A DNA stretch of 64,000 nucleotides from Ignavibacteriota bacterium. GTDB taxonomy: Bacteria > Bacteroidota > Ignavibacteria > Palsa-1295. Below, piece by piece: positions 16,930-26,463 of the stretch. Position 1 is the first letter of the stretch. Each line of letters begins with the position of its first letter. The DNA lies in the NCBI GenBank assembly GCA_963736195.1, contig CAVTNP010000004.1, positions 1,229,153 through 1,293,152 on the forward strand, written 5' to 3'. The notes beneath the pieces were generated by a model. The model was given only the letters and a program-made list of their open reading frames with translations. It did no database searches and was not told the origin of the DNA. The position numbers and the translations under genes were made by a program.

Positions 16930-19236
16930 ATGTTGCATCGAAGACTTTTTAGAGACACACGGGGGATCTTTATAGCCGCCGCGCTTTTCGCGCTCATCCT
17001 GCCCGACAAGCTCAGGTCTCAAAATGGGGTCGTGATCAACGAGATAATGTATGCGCCTAAAAGTCCTGAGCCAGAATGGATCGAACTTTTCAACACAGAT
17101 AGTATTGCCATTGACCTGACCAATTGGGAAATTGCAACGGCCTCCAAATCGGGAGTTCTTCCTGACATTACGATAGCTGCTGGAGGTTACCTCGTTATTA
17201 CCAAGGATTCGCTTGAATTAATCACACTCCGGCCCGGGAATTATGCTCCATCGTCGGCGATGGAACTCTCGCAAATCGCGTTGCCGGATCTTGACAATAT
17301 CGGCTCAGAAGTCATACTTCGAAATGCAGCACTTCAAACAATTGATAGCTTAGCCTACCTTCCTTCGTGGGGTGGTTCGACGGGCAGTTCACTCGAAAGG
17401 CGAAATGCGCTTACATCGGCAACTGTCGTAAGCAATTGGGGCACATCCAAAGCAGCGACAGGGGCAACGCCCGGCGTCCGCAACAGTCTTGCTGGGCCAG
17501 ACTCCACACCGGTCATTATTGCTCGGCACCCGCTTGATATAGTTCTGAACGAGGTCATGTTTGCTCCGGTCAGCCCTGAGCCAGAATGGATCGAACTGCT
17601 AAACACGACCCTTGATACGATCAATATAGCAGGGTGGATTCTTTCCGTGCAAGGACACCCGTCCGTTACAATTCCAGCGACAAATACCGTTGTTCCTCCT
17701 GATTCTCTGATCGTCATTTCCGGCAATGATACTGAACTGGCTGCCATTCGAAAGGTGGACATTCAGCGCATCGTTCGTATCAACTTACCTGATCTGAGCA
17801 ATAGTGGCTCGACGCTTGCGCTCCACGATCCAGCCGGGAATTTTATAGACAGTTCCTATTATGAAGGGAACTGGATCAAGGCCGATGGCTTTTCGATCGA
17901 ACGCATCGATCCATACGTCATTGGTTACGAATCCTCGAATTGGAGTACCTGCAAGGATACGAGCGGCTCGACAATTCTTCGCCCAAATTCCGTCCGCATA
18001 CGGAACTATGATCTCGCAGTGACAGATGTTAGCGTATCCGACACGTCTGCTACGGTTACGATCGTCAACATGGGCCTTGATACGATCCATCGCACCGAGG
18101 TTGGTCTTCAAATAGGCTTAGCATCGTCGGTCTCATCGCCGGCGATGCAGGTGCAGTTCACTCCAGTCATTCAGCAATTATCACCCGGTCTTGCAAGTCG
18201 TGACTCTATGCGGGTTTTTTTCGATGTTCCGCAAAACCTCTATGGCCTATTTCCTGCAACGGCCTATATTTTGGATTCTTTAGATGAGAATCCCTTGAAC
18301 GATACGCTTCGGTTTAGTATTGCGCCACTCATCCCGGAAGATAGCCTGGTTATCAATGAGATCATGTTCGATCCGCAGCCAAACGGTTGTGAATGGATCG
18401 AGCTGTATAACCTTTCGGATAAGTGGATTTCGATGGATTCGACGCGGCTACTCACCGGAGAATCACGTCCGGGCGAATATACGCATGTGATCCCACCACT
18501 GTTGATAGCACCCGATTCATTCGGAATTGTCACCGCTAACGATTCCATTTACTCCATCTACCCAGCGTTGGCTGGGCGGAATAGCATAGCGTCCGTTGGC
18601 GCATCTTCGCTCGATCTTGGCAAAGATTCCAGCTCCGTCGTTTTTCAAGCTCTGGATTCTTCCACAATTGATTCCGTTCTCTATCTTAAAACATGGCAGC
18701 AAAGTATTCTTAAAAAGACGTTCGTGGGAATTTCTCTGGAGCGCAAGAACCCGCGCGGCGGGAGCAATGATCCACAAAACTGGCAGGCATCGCTGGATAG
18801 CGCTACCCCACTGGCGCAAAACTCCGTCGATACATCTTCAACAGCAACAACGCCTCCGCTCGGAACCTTATTTACCGCAAGCTTTTCACCGAATCCATTT
18901 TCGCCGGATGGGGATGGCTTTCAAGATCTTAGCATACTCACGGTCCAAACTGGGAATAGCAGCCAATGGGCTATGCAGGTGCAGATATTCGATGCGGGCG
19001 GAAGAATGGTGCGCTCGCTGGTAAATGCGGTATCGGTCTATCAAACCGCAACAGTAACATTCGATGGAAAACGCGATAACGGTCAACCGCTTCCGCTGGG
19101 ATTGTACACAGCTTTAATCCAGCTTACGTCTGCATCGTCGGCTATGAAATCTTCATCGTCGGCTATGAACGCAAGTCCCGAACAGAGCATGAGGCAAGAG
19201 ACGGGCATCGCGATCGCAGGCAAGCGTGCCCACTAA
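16930..19236 (+). CDS. Secreted lamin-tail-domain (LTD) repeat protein with T9SS type B-like C-terminal domain
   Basis: Three LTD cores: VVINEIMYAPKSPEPEWIELFNT, VLNEVMFAPVSPEPEWIELLNT and LVINEIMFDPQPNGCEWIELYN. The C-terminal FSPNPFSPDGDGFQD resembles the FSPNGDGxND type B sorting motif. In-frame palindromic-repeat insertions give SSVSSPAMQ and SASSAMKSSSSAMNASP. Confidence 0.7.
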   Translation: MLHRRLFRDTRGIFIAAALFALILPDKLRSQNGVVINEIMYAPKSPEPEWIELFNTDSIAIDLTNWEIATASKSGVLPDITIAAGGYLVITKDSLELITLRPGNYAPSSAMELSQIALPDLDNIGSEVILRNAALQTIDSLAYLPSWGGSTGSSLERRNALTSATVVSNWGTSKAATGATPGVRNSLAGPDSTPVIIARHPLDIVLNEVMFAPVSPEPEWIELLNTTLDTINIAGWILSVQGHPSVTIPATNTVVPPDSLIVISGNDTELAAIRKVDIQRIVRINLPDLSNSGSTLALHDPAGNFIDSSYYEGNWIKADGFSIERIDPYVIGYESSNWSTCKDTSGSTILRPNSVRIRNYDLAVTDVSVSDTSATVTIVNMGLDTIHRTEVGLQIGLASSVSSPAMQVQFTPVIQQLSPGLASRDSMRVFFDVPQNLYGLFPATAYILDSLDENPLNDTLRFSIAPLIPEDSLVINEIMFDPQPNGCEWIELYNLSDKWISMDSTRLLTGESRPGEYTHVIPPLLIAPDSFGIVTANDSIYSIYPALAGRNSIASVGASSLDLGKDSSSVVFQALDSSTIDSVLYLKTWQQSILKKTFVGISLERKNPRGGSNDPQNWQASLDSATPLAQNSVDTSSTATTPPLGTLFTASFSPNPFSPDGDGFQDLSILTVQTGNSSQWAMQVQIFDAGGRMVRSLVNAVSVYQTATVTFDGKRDNGQPLPLGLYTALIQLTSASSAMKSSSSAMNASPEQSMRQETGIAIAGKRAH
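18121..18150. repeat. Palindromic family copy inside LTD gene (site 1)
   Basis: gcatcgtcggtctcatcgccggcgatgcagg. Translated ASSVSSPAMQ. Confidence 0.6.
19131..19172. repeat. Palindromic family copies inside LTD gene (site 2)
   Basis: gcatcgtcggctatgaaatcttcatcgtcggctatgaacgc. Translated SASSAMKSSSSAMNA. Confidence 0.6.
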
Positions 19237-19254
19237 GAAAGGAGCCGTGCTTCT

Positions 19255-19316
19255 TCACTTAAAAGGATGCCGGTGAGCATCGATGCCGGTAAGCATCAAT
19301 GCTGGTGCATCGGCAC
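19255..19316. repeat. Intergenic degenerate copies of the CATCG...CGATG palindrome family
   Basis: gatgccggtgagcatcgatgccggtaagcatcaatgctggtgcatcggcacgg. Direct repeats of gcatcRatgccggt units are immediately upstream of the bidirectional terminator. Confidence 0.6.
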
Positions 19317-19321
19317 GGATA

Positions 19322-19357
19322 AACCCTTTATAGGAATTGAGAAGCCTATAAAGGGTT
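19322..19357. terminator. Bidirectional rho-independent terminator hairpin between convergent genes
   Basis: Perfect 13-bp stem aaccctttatagg / cctataaagggtt with a 10-nt loop. It is flanked by A/T on both sides, between the + gene ending at 19236 and the - gene ending at 19362. Confidence 0.7.
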
Positions 19358-19361
19358 AGGA

Positions 19362-22300
19362 TCACTTAGCAAGGATAACGCGCTCAGAGCATACCATCCC
19401 ACCACCCTGAAGCCGGATGAAATAAGTGCCCTGCTGCAACCCATGAGCATCGAGGATGATACGATAGGTGCCCTGGCTGAGTGCAGCATCGACGAGTGTT
19501 CGGACGTTTTGTCCGAGTGCGTTAAAGAGCTCCATCTTCACGTTCATCGTGGGCGATGAACCATTCATCGTGGGCGATGAAGCGTTCATCGTGTTGGAAG
19601 CATTCCCGCTGCTGCTCACAGTTGTCGAGTTAATCGTTGGCGATGAAGCGTTCATCGTGGGCGATGCAGCATTCATCGTTGGCGATGCAGGAACTGTATA
19701 TTGGATGAGGGTGGTGCCGTTGAAGGGGTTAGGGATAGCAGGAGCAATGGAAAGGATCTGCGGTTTGGTACCATTGCCAACGATTGTTGCACAGGAATCC
19801 ATGAAGATAACCCTTCCACCATTGAGAAGGCCGGCAGGCGCAGGCAGCGTAATGGAGTAATTGGTATCGCCGTTGGCATCAATGCCATCGGAGACGATGG
19901 GCATCCCGACGACGTCGTTGCCTCCATTATACAAGACCTGCTCGCCGCAAGGATCGGTTAGGACGTTGATATCGGCCTCCTGCACACCGACACTCTTCGC
20001 GGCCTGGAACAGCAGATATCCAATGGTGTCGTGCAGTTGCAGATCGGTCAAGGCTGGGCCTTGTCCACTGATGGTGTACGTTCTGTTCCCGTCGTTAGCA
20101 TCAGAGATATTCCACCCGGCAGCGACATTGGTGCCGGCGGGGTTTACATTGGCGGTTCCGGTAAAGGTCAGGAGGTTACTTCCGGTGATTTGGAAGGTAA
20201 ACTGGAACTGATTGAGATTCTTTTTGCTAAGTGGGAACGCATCGGTGGAATCGAGATAAATGGGAACCTGGAATGCGGCATTAGAAGAGTCGATGCCGGT
20301 TGCATTCATGGCCAAGTTTTGGCGATAGATAGCGATGGGCAGGGTATCGGTATGGAGCGCCTGCACGGATGTGTCAGTGGATTGCCTTCCCCAAACATCG
20401 GACGCTAATAGGGTTCCGGTCGCGGAGGTTTTTGGATCGATCAAACCGAGATCAAACGTAAGAGAAATGGCAGGTGAATCTATTCTGGAATAGTTGGACA
20501 GGTTTTGGGTGAGCGTATCCCAGACGCGATAGATACCCCGGTCATGCCTTCGCAGATCGGTGACCGTAACGGCGATGGAATCGCAGACTATTGAATCGTA
20601 TTTGAGATCGACAAAAGCCGGAGTGGAATCGATCGGGAGGTAATAGGTCCAGCAGAAGGTATCGCCGGCGCAAAGCTCATTTCCGGCGCCATCGACGGCT
20701 TGCCAGCAGATCTTTGCCGGGAGCGTATCGTGCGCAAGGGTATCGGTTACGAACAAGATCACGCTGTCGAATTTGGTGTAGCGCGGGAGTCCTACGCCTG
20801 GGAACGTATCTTCCTTGATGGTATGAATGGAGCTAATGGTACCGTGGTACAGCATGGAATAATTATGGACGTTTGAGAACCAGATCGAGTCAATGCCGTC
20901 GTCATAATTGATACTATCGTGAATATCGGAAAAGAAAACCTTGATGGTGCCGGAAGAGTCTAAGACATAGATAGTGTCATGCGGGCAAAACGTATCTGCG
21001 AGACTATCCTTCACGACTCTTTGCTGATTATTAAAGTTACCCGCACAATCCCATGCTTGGAGCGTAAAACCTGCACTCGCAAACGTATCCCTGATCTGAA
21101 TTCGGAACAAGAATGTAGCTGCGCAGTTAGGTATGGGGCGAAGGCTGCACGTTGTATCGTTAATGCTGTCGATCAAATACAGCGAAGGGTTCGCAATGGG
21201 CCAGCAATTCTGGATCCTCGAGACCAGCACGGAATCCACTCCAGTATCCCAGGGCCTGTCGTCGGTAGCGGAGACGGACCATCCACCTGTCTGTGTCTGG
21301 ACAACCACGAGCGGCGGAACAGTATCGGGGATCGAGCAATAACGGATAGTGTCATACGTCGGAACATTACCAGCAGAATCGATCGCTTCAATAATGATAT
21401 TCCCGCCAAGCGACGACATAGAATCGGTGACGCAAACCGTAAACGTATCCTCTTTCATCCCAAGCGTGAGAGGATGCAACTGCGTGAAATTCATATTCGA
21501 AGAATCGACCACAATGACGGAGCGAAGCCCACCATCGTGCTGAAGACCGGGGAGCGGCTCCTCAATCGAATCCGTAATTACCCATTCACTGCACTGGAAT
21601 TCACATGGCGCTCCCGAAGTATCCGTGTAATTCTGATCATATCGTTTCAGGAGCCGGAAACGAGGCGGAAGCGTATCGAATGGCACCGGAGGCGAACAAC
21701 TTTGAAAGCAGAATGTGTCGTAGCTAACGTTGGCCGCGCAATCCGTGAATGTGAAATAGACGCAGGAAGAAAGCAGGGAATCGACTTGCGTCACAGTTAC
21801 CTTGACGCTATCGGTGTGGTCGCATTGCGGGTAAGTCGCAATGGTAACTTTATCGGCATTCGGAGGAACCACCTTCCATGTGATGGAATCTATGCCCTGA
21901 TCAATCGCTCGGCTATCATAAACGGAATCGACGAATGTCGTATAATTCCCACAATGATTGGTCGCTCCAACGCCGACATGCTTCGTATGGCGTGGGGCTA
22001 AAAGATCCCTTTGCTGACAATCCACGATGATCGGGCAAATATATGGGCTCGAGCTACAGGTGGTAGGACCAACCCCATTTGCACCAACGGAAAACGCAAT
22101 ATCATATATTGAATCGGTGGAGCAATTCGTGAGAACACTCTGAAGAACCGTATCTTCCCATGTAATAGAAGCTGAGCTTTGTCCAAGAATCGAGCCTAAC
22201 CCTCCTGCGCCTGTAAGCTTGTGGTTCTGTGTACTTACGAGAGCAGGCGGAGGATTGGGAGACTCGATCATCACGGGGAGATTTGTGGAAGCGCCCGTGG

Positions 22301-23513
22301 CATCGTTGGTGATCGTCTGTGTACCATTCGCGCTCGTCGCAGTGAGAGTATTGAGATTCCAGACAATTCCATCGACGGGAAAATGGTTGGGAACATAAGT
22401 CGAAAGGGTTGGATCCCAAAAAACATGGTCCGGATGAACCAGCATCGCGTCCAGGTTACCGAAGCAAATGGGCTGGCAAGCCGCGCTGCCATAGCTAAAG
22501 CTTCCCAGCACTACGGTTTGTCCCTGATTGGCGCCGCTATTCGGCCATTGAATAAGCAGGGCCTCATCTCCGATAGTTGGGTATTGCGTTCCCTTATTTG
22601 GCGAGCCAAAAGTGTATCCAGTTACTATTTCTCTCCAATCGGTGTATGCAAATAGCGAAGGCTGCATGAGTCCCATTGGTTCTGGCGCAAGGCTGTCATT
22701 CAAATATCCCTCGGCGATAAGCCCTGGAAAGACCTCGCCGGGGACATCGTTATTCAGATCCTGCAACGTCGCAATAAAATACGGCGGAATGGAATTAGCC
22801 GGTGGATCCTCAGCCCATTGTGTGCTCCAGTACCCATACCGTGTGGTAATAGGTGCATTATCATTTGAAGGAGGTGGATTGCCACCCGTAGAAAGATCGA
22901 CGTCCAGAAGGTATTGTGCCTGAGCCGACAAAAACCCGTTCTCGTGACTGATCAGTTTGAACTTGAGCACTATTTGCCCTGTACCAGAAATTGGATAACC
23001 GGTGGCAAATTCGACGGGATACACATCCTGAATGATGTCAAAACCATTCGGACCCTCTGGCTGCCAGTCCGTCTCGATCGTATCCCCGATCTTGCGCGTA
23101 ACACCGTTGTTCAGGAACGATGGATATACCGGTGAGGCCGAAGAACTCAGGCGCGAAACATTATTGGTAAAATAAGTTCCATTCACGAGGACGGTCAGGA
23201 ACGACGTTTGAGCCGGAAAAACGATCGCATCGTTGTGGCTCGCCGGCGTGGTGTTGAGAAAAATTGAAACCAATCCATCGGTGCTCGAAACATCGGCCTC
23301 GACGTAGGCATTGCTCGTCACGAAGGTCGATTGCGCGCGCGCAGTCGTGGAAAAGGTCAGAAGTGCCATCGCAAGTGGTAGGCACAGCAAGCCGAACCGG
23401 CGGAGGGGCCACCGTTGGGTGGCTCGGTCACTCAGAAAAAGGAAGAATAACTTTAGAAGCATTAGAGGTGGAACGAGAGGAGCCTTGGAAACTCCGAACG
23501 TCGATTGGATCAT
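19362..23513 (-). CDS. Giant secreted surface protein (~1380 aa) with T9SS type A C-terminal sorting domain interrupted by a repeat insertion
   Basis: Signal peptide MALLTFSTTARAQ, so the true start is probably 23369-23513. The C-terminus PNPFNGTTLIQYTVP[ASPTMNAASPTMNASSPTINSTTVSSSGNASNTMNASSPTMNGSSPTMN]VKMELFNALGQNVRTLV...GTYFIRLQGGGMVCSERVILAK is a T9SS CTD with a ~50 aa insert between its first two beta-strands. Confidence 0.6.
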   Translation of the reverse strand: MIQSTFGVSKAPLVPPLMLLKLFFLFLSDRATQRWPLRRFGLLCLPLAMALLTFSTTARAQSTFVTSNAYVEADVSSTDGLVSIFLNTTPASHNDAIVFPAQTSFLTVLVNGTYFTNNVSRLSSSASPVYPSFLNNGVTRKIGDTIETDWQPEGPNGFDIIQDVYPVEFATGYPISGTGQIVLKFKLISHENGFLSAQAQYLLDVDLSTGGNPPPSNDNAPITTRYGYWSTQWAEDPPANSIPPYFIATLQDLNNDVPGEVFPGLIAEGYLNDSLAPEPMGLMQPSLFAYTDWREIVTGYTFGSPNKGTQYPTIGDEALLIQWPNSGANQGQTVVLGSFSYGSAACQPICFGNLDAMLVHPDHVFWDPTLSTYVPNHFPVDGIVWNLNTLTATSANGTQTITNDATGASTNLPVMIESPNPPPALVSTQNHKLTGAGGLGSILGQSSASITWEDTVLQSVLTNCSTDSIYDIAFSVGANGVGPTTCSSSPYICPIIVDCQQRDLLAPRHTKHVGVGATNHCGNYTTFVDSVYDSRAIDQGIDSITWKVVPPNADKVTIATYPQCDHTDSVKVTVTQVDSLLSSCVYFTFTDCAANVSYDTFCFQSCSPPVPFDTLPPRFRLLKRYDQNYTDTSGAPCEFQCSEWVITDSIEEPLPGLQHDGGLRSVIVVDSSNMNFTQLHPLTLGMKEDTFTVCVTDSMSSLGGNIIIEAIDSAGNVPTYDTIRYCSIPDTVPPLVVVQTQTGGWSVSATDDRPWDTGVDSVLVSRIQNCWPIANPSLYLIDSINDTTCSLRPIPNCAATFLFRIQIRDTFASAGFTLQAWDCAGNFNNQQRVVKDSLADTFCPHDTIYVLDSSGTIKVFFSDIHDSINYDDGIDSIWFSNVHNYSMLYHGTISSIHTIKEDTFPGVGLPRYTKFDSVILFVTDTLAHDTLPAKICWQAVDGAGNELCAGDTFCWTYYLPIDSTPAFVDLKYDSIVCDSIAVTVTDLRRHDRGIYRVWDTLTQNLSNYSRIDSPAISLTFDLGLIDPKTSATGTLLASDVWGRQSTDTSVQALHTDTLPIAIYRQNLAMNATGIDSSNAAFQVPIYLDSTDAFPLSKKNLNQFQFTFQITGSNLLTFTGTANVNPAGTNVAAGWNISDANDGNRTYTISGQGPALTDLQLHDTIGYLLFQAAKSVGVQEADINVLTDPCGEQVLYNGGNDVVGMPIVSDGIDANGDTNYSITLPAPAGLLNGGRVIFMDSCATIVGNGTKPQILSIAPAIPNPFNGTTLIQYTVPASPTMNAASPTMNASSPTINSTTVSSSGNASNTMNASSPTMNGSSPTMNVKMELFNALGQNVRTLVDAALSQGTYRIILDAHGLQQGTYFIRLQGGGMVCSERVILAK
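19538..19690. repeat. Array of ~6 palindromic 18-mers (ttcatcgtgggcgatgaa) inside the T9SS CTD of the giant gene
   Basis: Perfect copies are at 19543-19560 and 19564-19581. Variants (ttcatcgtgttggaag, aatcgttggcgatgaa, ttcatcgtgggcgatgca, ttcatcgttggcgatgca) run through 19689. Each arm TTCATCG / CGATGAA is a perfect 7-bp inverted repeat around a 4-nt spacer. Confidence 0.9.
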
Positions 23514-23659
23514 GAAAACCGAAGCCCTTGCGTTCGAAAGAGCCCGACCTGCCTTGCTCTATGACCGCCAAACCATGGGGATGGTTCCGGCAGGTCAAGA
23601 ACATTGCTGCGAGCCGCGCGGAGAATGTGCCTGGGATACAAGGAACAAGGGGGCATCCG

Positions 23660-24500
23660 TTAGTTCAGTTGAAATTTTAGAAGTGCAGAAGCATACAGCG
23701 TAGCAATCCTCCAGGGTGAGCCACCGGTATTGCCGGCTGCTGTGAGTGGAAAGTCGTACGTGATCAGTGGCGAGAACACCGAGCGCTCCAATACCTGAAT
23801 ATTATATCCCGCCGAAAGCAGAAGCCCAAGCCTCAACGAGGTTATCCCAGGTACGGCGCCAGATTGAATGGTTTCGGTGAGCGTGCCGTTCGTGAAGGTT
23901 AGATTATTGAGTGGCACGCCGCCAACGGTAACGCTTTGGCCAGCTGGTAATTGGCGTGTTTGACTAAGGCTGTTTGCAATAAGAAACCCGAAATCAAGTC
24001 CTGCTTGAACGAACGGCCCCATGCGGAAGAATTGGTATTGTGCATAGGGTGCGAAATCCAGGTAGGTGGTTTTGATATTGGCAGTCCGGCTCACGTTCAT
24101 CGGCAGGGTGGTATCCTGGCTGGAGTTCGGAGCAGCAACTACAACAAGATCGGTGGCAGGCGCTACCGTCGAAAAATTCTTAAAGTCAATCCCTGCTTTG
24201 ATTCCGATGGCCCAACTGTAGTCAAGAGGAAGTTCAAAAAACAGTGAGGCGACCAAGCCGTCGCCACTTCCGCTTTTAAACGAGGAGCCGCAGTCGCAAT
24301 CCAGGGTACCGATCTCGGCATGCTGGCCGATGCCGATCTCAATTCCAGCAAGCGGTGGTGGTGCGCCCGGGCCAAAAAAGATCGCCACGGCTCAGAAGCT
24401 GCGCGCGAGCTACGGGCAGAAAAGCCCCGACTGATAGTGCTTCGGCAGCAACGATCAGCAAAGCAGACATTAAGAAACGTTTCAGAATTTCATTATTCAT
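23660..24500 (-). pseudogene. Outer-membrane beta-barrel protein gene disrupted by a +1 frameshift in a homopolymer tract
   Basis: The signal peptide MNNEILKRFLMSALLIVAAEALSVGAFLPVARAQ is in ORF 24339..24560. The barrel body is in ORF 23660..24388 in another frame. The frames reconnect (…SRGDLFGPGAPPPLAGIEIG…) if one base is removed from the A6 (T6 on coding strand) run at 24374-24379. Confidence 0.5.
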
Positions 24501-24525
24501 ACTTCCTACCTCCATGACTGGGGCA

Positions 24526-26463
24526 TCAGTCCTTTCTTCCCACAATTTGAACTTCCACACGGCGGTTTTTCGCTAAATTATTCGGATCGAGCGGTTGTGA
24601 TTTTCCAAATCCCTGAACCACTGCGATCTGATCGCGCGGAATGCCTTGATCAAGCAAATAATCCGCAACGGCCTTTGCGCGATGCTCCGAAAGTACCTGA
24701 TTGAGGCCTTCCGATCCGGTCGAATCGGTATGGCCGTTAATTTCGAAACGCACTTCCGGATTTTCTTTCACTTGCCGGACAAAGTCAGGAAATTTCGAAA
24801 GTTCTTCCGGCTTTATGTCATACTTGTTGACATCAAAAAAGATCATAAATCCTTGCACGGCCTCGGGCGTAAGCCGAATTTCCTTTTCGATCAAGACCAA
24901 TTTCGCGCGCCCTGCCGGAACATCAACCTTATCTTCGTATGGCTGATAATCGGCAACTTTTGTAGAGATCCGATAGGTAATAAGGGGGTTCACGTTGAAG
25001 GAATAGGCGCCCGTTGCAGGATCGGTCTCGACAGAAACGGGTGGCGCCCCCCCTGCTAATTGTTCCAGAACAACCGTAGCTTTCAGCGGAGCCTTATTGT
25101 AGGAATTTATTACGTGACCATCGATTCTGGCACGGGAGGGAGTCAGCGAAATATCCTGCGTGATCACCGGTTGAGCATCCGTCGGAGGGGCCTGGATTTC
25201 AAGCGAGTTCGAAACGAAATTTTCAGCGCCCGCACTGATATGCACCAGGCTTCCCGCCAGCACCTTAACGCTGTATGCGGGCCCCGTGGCATCGTTCGTT
25301 AGCTGTTGGCCATTGTTCGAGAACGTAATCGTGATCTCCGGTTTCGTTGTGATCGGCTGATTCGTTTCCGCATCGATAAGACGCCCTGAAAGCGTCACAT
25401 ACTTCGCCTTTGGAGGCGGCGGCTGTACCGACAACCGATACAGATCGAAACCTCCGGATCCCCCAGGACGATTGCTCGAAAAATAAAGTGCATCTTCTTT
25501 GCTCGGTATGCTAAAAAAAAGCTCGTCGTACTTCGAGTTTACCGTTGGCCCAAGATTCTTCGGCTCGGACCATTCATTTTCCCCTTGGCGATGCGTGACA
25601 TATATATCGTAGCCACCCATTCCACCTGGAAGATGGTCCGCAGCAAAATAAAGCGTCTGATTATCCGGTGCAATGAACGGCGATAACTCATTACCACCTG
25701 TATTAAAGCTCAAATTGACGGGAGCGCCCCATTTGCCGTCCGCCGATTTGGAGCACATATAAATATCAACCCCGCCATGTCCGCCTTTACGATCACTGGC
25801 AAAGAAAAGGAGCTGCCCATCCTGGCTGATACACGGCTGGCCCTCCCACCATTCCGTATTGATCGGCGCACCAAGCGGCATAAAGTTCTCAAGCTTGCCA
25901 TCGATGATCTGGCCCTGATAAATATCGCACGAAAGTGCGATCGCATCCGACCGATTACAGATCCCCATGATCGCCGTCACGCCATCACCAGCGATAGAAA
26001 GTGAACTGATATTCTGCTTCTCCGGTAGTTCGGCGAATATTTCCGGAGCACTCCAATGGGAGGTATGATCTTTTGAATCCTGCGCCGGAAGACGCTTTGC
26101 AAGGTAAAGACACTGCTTTCCTGAACGCGCACTTGTAAAACACATCGAGCCATCTGCCATTATGAATGGCGTGGCATCATCGAACATGGAGTTGAGGTCA
26201 CTGAGATTTTCGAAATGAACCTCCTCCTTGGCAGCATTAAGCACCTTATTCGTGCTGGTGTCGGATTGGGAAGCGAACTGCGCCAGAAGCGGCGTTGCTC
26301 CAAAACTTATGAACACAAGACATGCCACGGCACAAGAAAGAACCGTTCGCACGGAGCACGGAATATGGAGTTCAGGCCAAATTGTTCGCCACGGCGAGTC
26401 GCCAATGCGCGTTGCCCTACGAGGGGTCGGGTTCAGAAACGTCAGTTGAGGCATCGATTGCAA
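24526..26463 (-). CDS. OmpA-family protein with TolB-like beta-propeller repeats and C-terminal OmpA peptidoglycan-binding domain
   Basis: The C-terminus VRFEINGHTDSTGSEGLNQVLSEHRAKAVADYLLDQGIPRDQIAVVQGFGKSQPL...NRRVEV is an OmpA-like domain. Upstream WD40-like/TolB repeats include YFAADHLPGGMGGYDIYV. An N-terminal signal is present. Confidence 0.75.
   Translation of the reverse strand: MQSMPQLTFLNPTPRRATRIGDSPWRTIWPELHIPCSVRTVLSCAVACLVFISFGATPLLAQFASQSDTSTNKVLNAAKEEVHFENLSDLNSMFDDATPFIMADGSMCFTSARSGKQCLYLAKRLPAQDSKDHTSHWSAPEIFAELPEKQNISSLSIAGDGVTAIMGICNRSDAIALSCDIYQGQIIDGKLENFMPLGAPINTEWWEGQPCISQDGQLLFFASDRKGGHGGVDIYMCSKSADGKWGAPVNLSFNTGGNELSPFIAPDNQTLYFAADHLPGGMGGYDIYVTHRQGENEWSEPKNLGPTVNSKYDELFFSIPSKEDALYFSSNRPGGSGGFDLYRLSVQPPPPKAKYVTLSGRLIDAETNQPITTKPEITITFSNNGQQLTNDATGPAYSVKVLAGSLVHISAGAENFVSNSLEIQAPPTDAQPVITQDISLTPSRARIDGHVINSYNKAPLKATVVLEQLAGGAPPVSVETDPATGAYSFNVNPLITYRISTKVADYQPYEDKVDVPAGRAKLVLIEKEIRLTPEAVQGFMIFFDVNKYDIKPEELSKFPDFVRQVKENPEVRFEINGHTDSTGSEGLNQVLSEHRAKAVADYLLDQGIPRDQIAVVQGFGKSQPLDPNNLAKNRRVEVQIVGRKD

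Noticed and set aside
19468-19860. 130-aa ORF encoding FIVGDEPFIVGDEA repeats
   Set aside because: It is the antisense-strand, alternative-frame translation of the palindromic repeat array inside the giant minus-strand gene, so it is an artefact of the palindromy.
20979-22001. 340-aa plus-strand ORF inside the giant gene
   Set aside because: Arg-rich, low-complexity translation antisense to a well-supported 1383-aa CDS. It is a typical spurious shadow ORF in GC-rich coding DNA.
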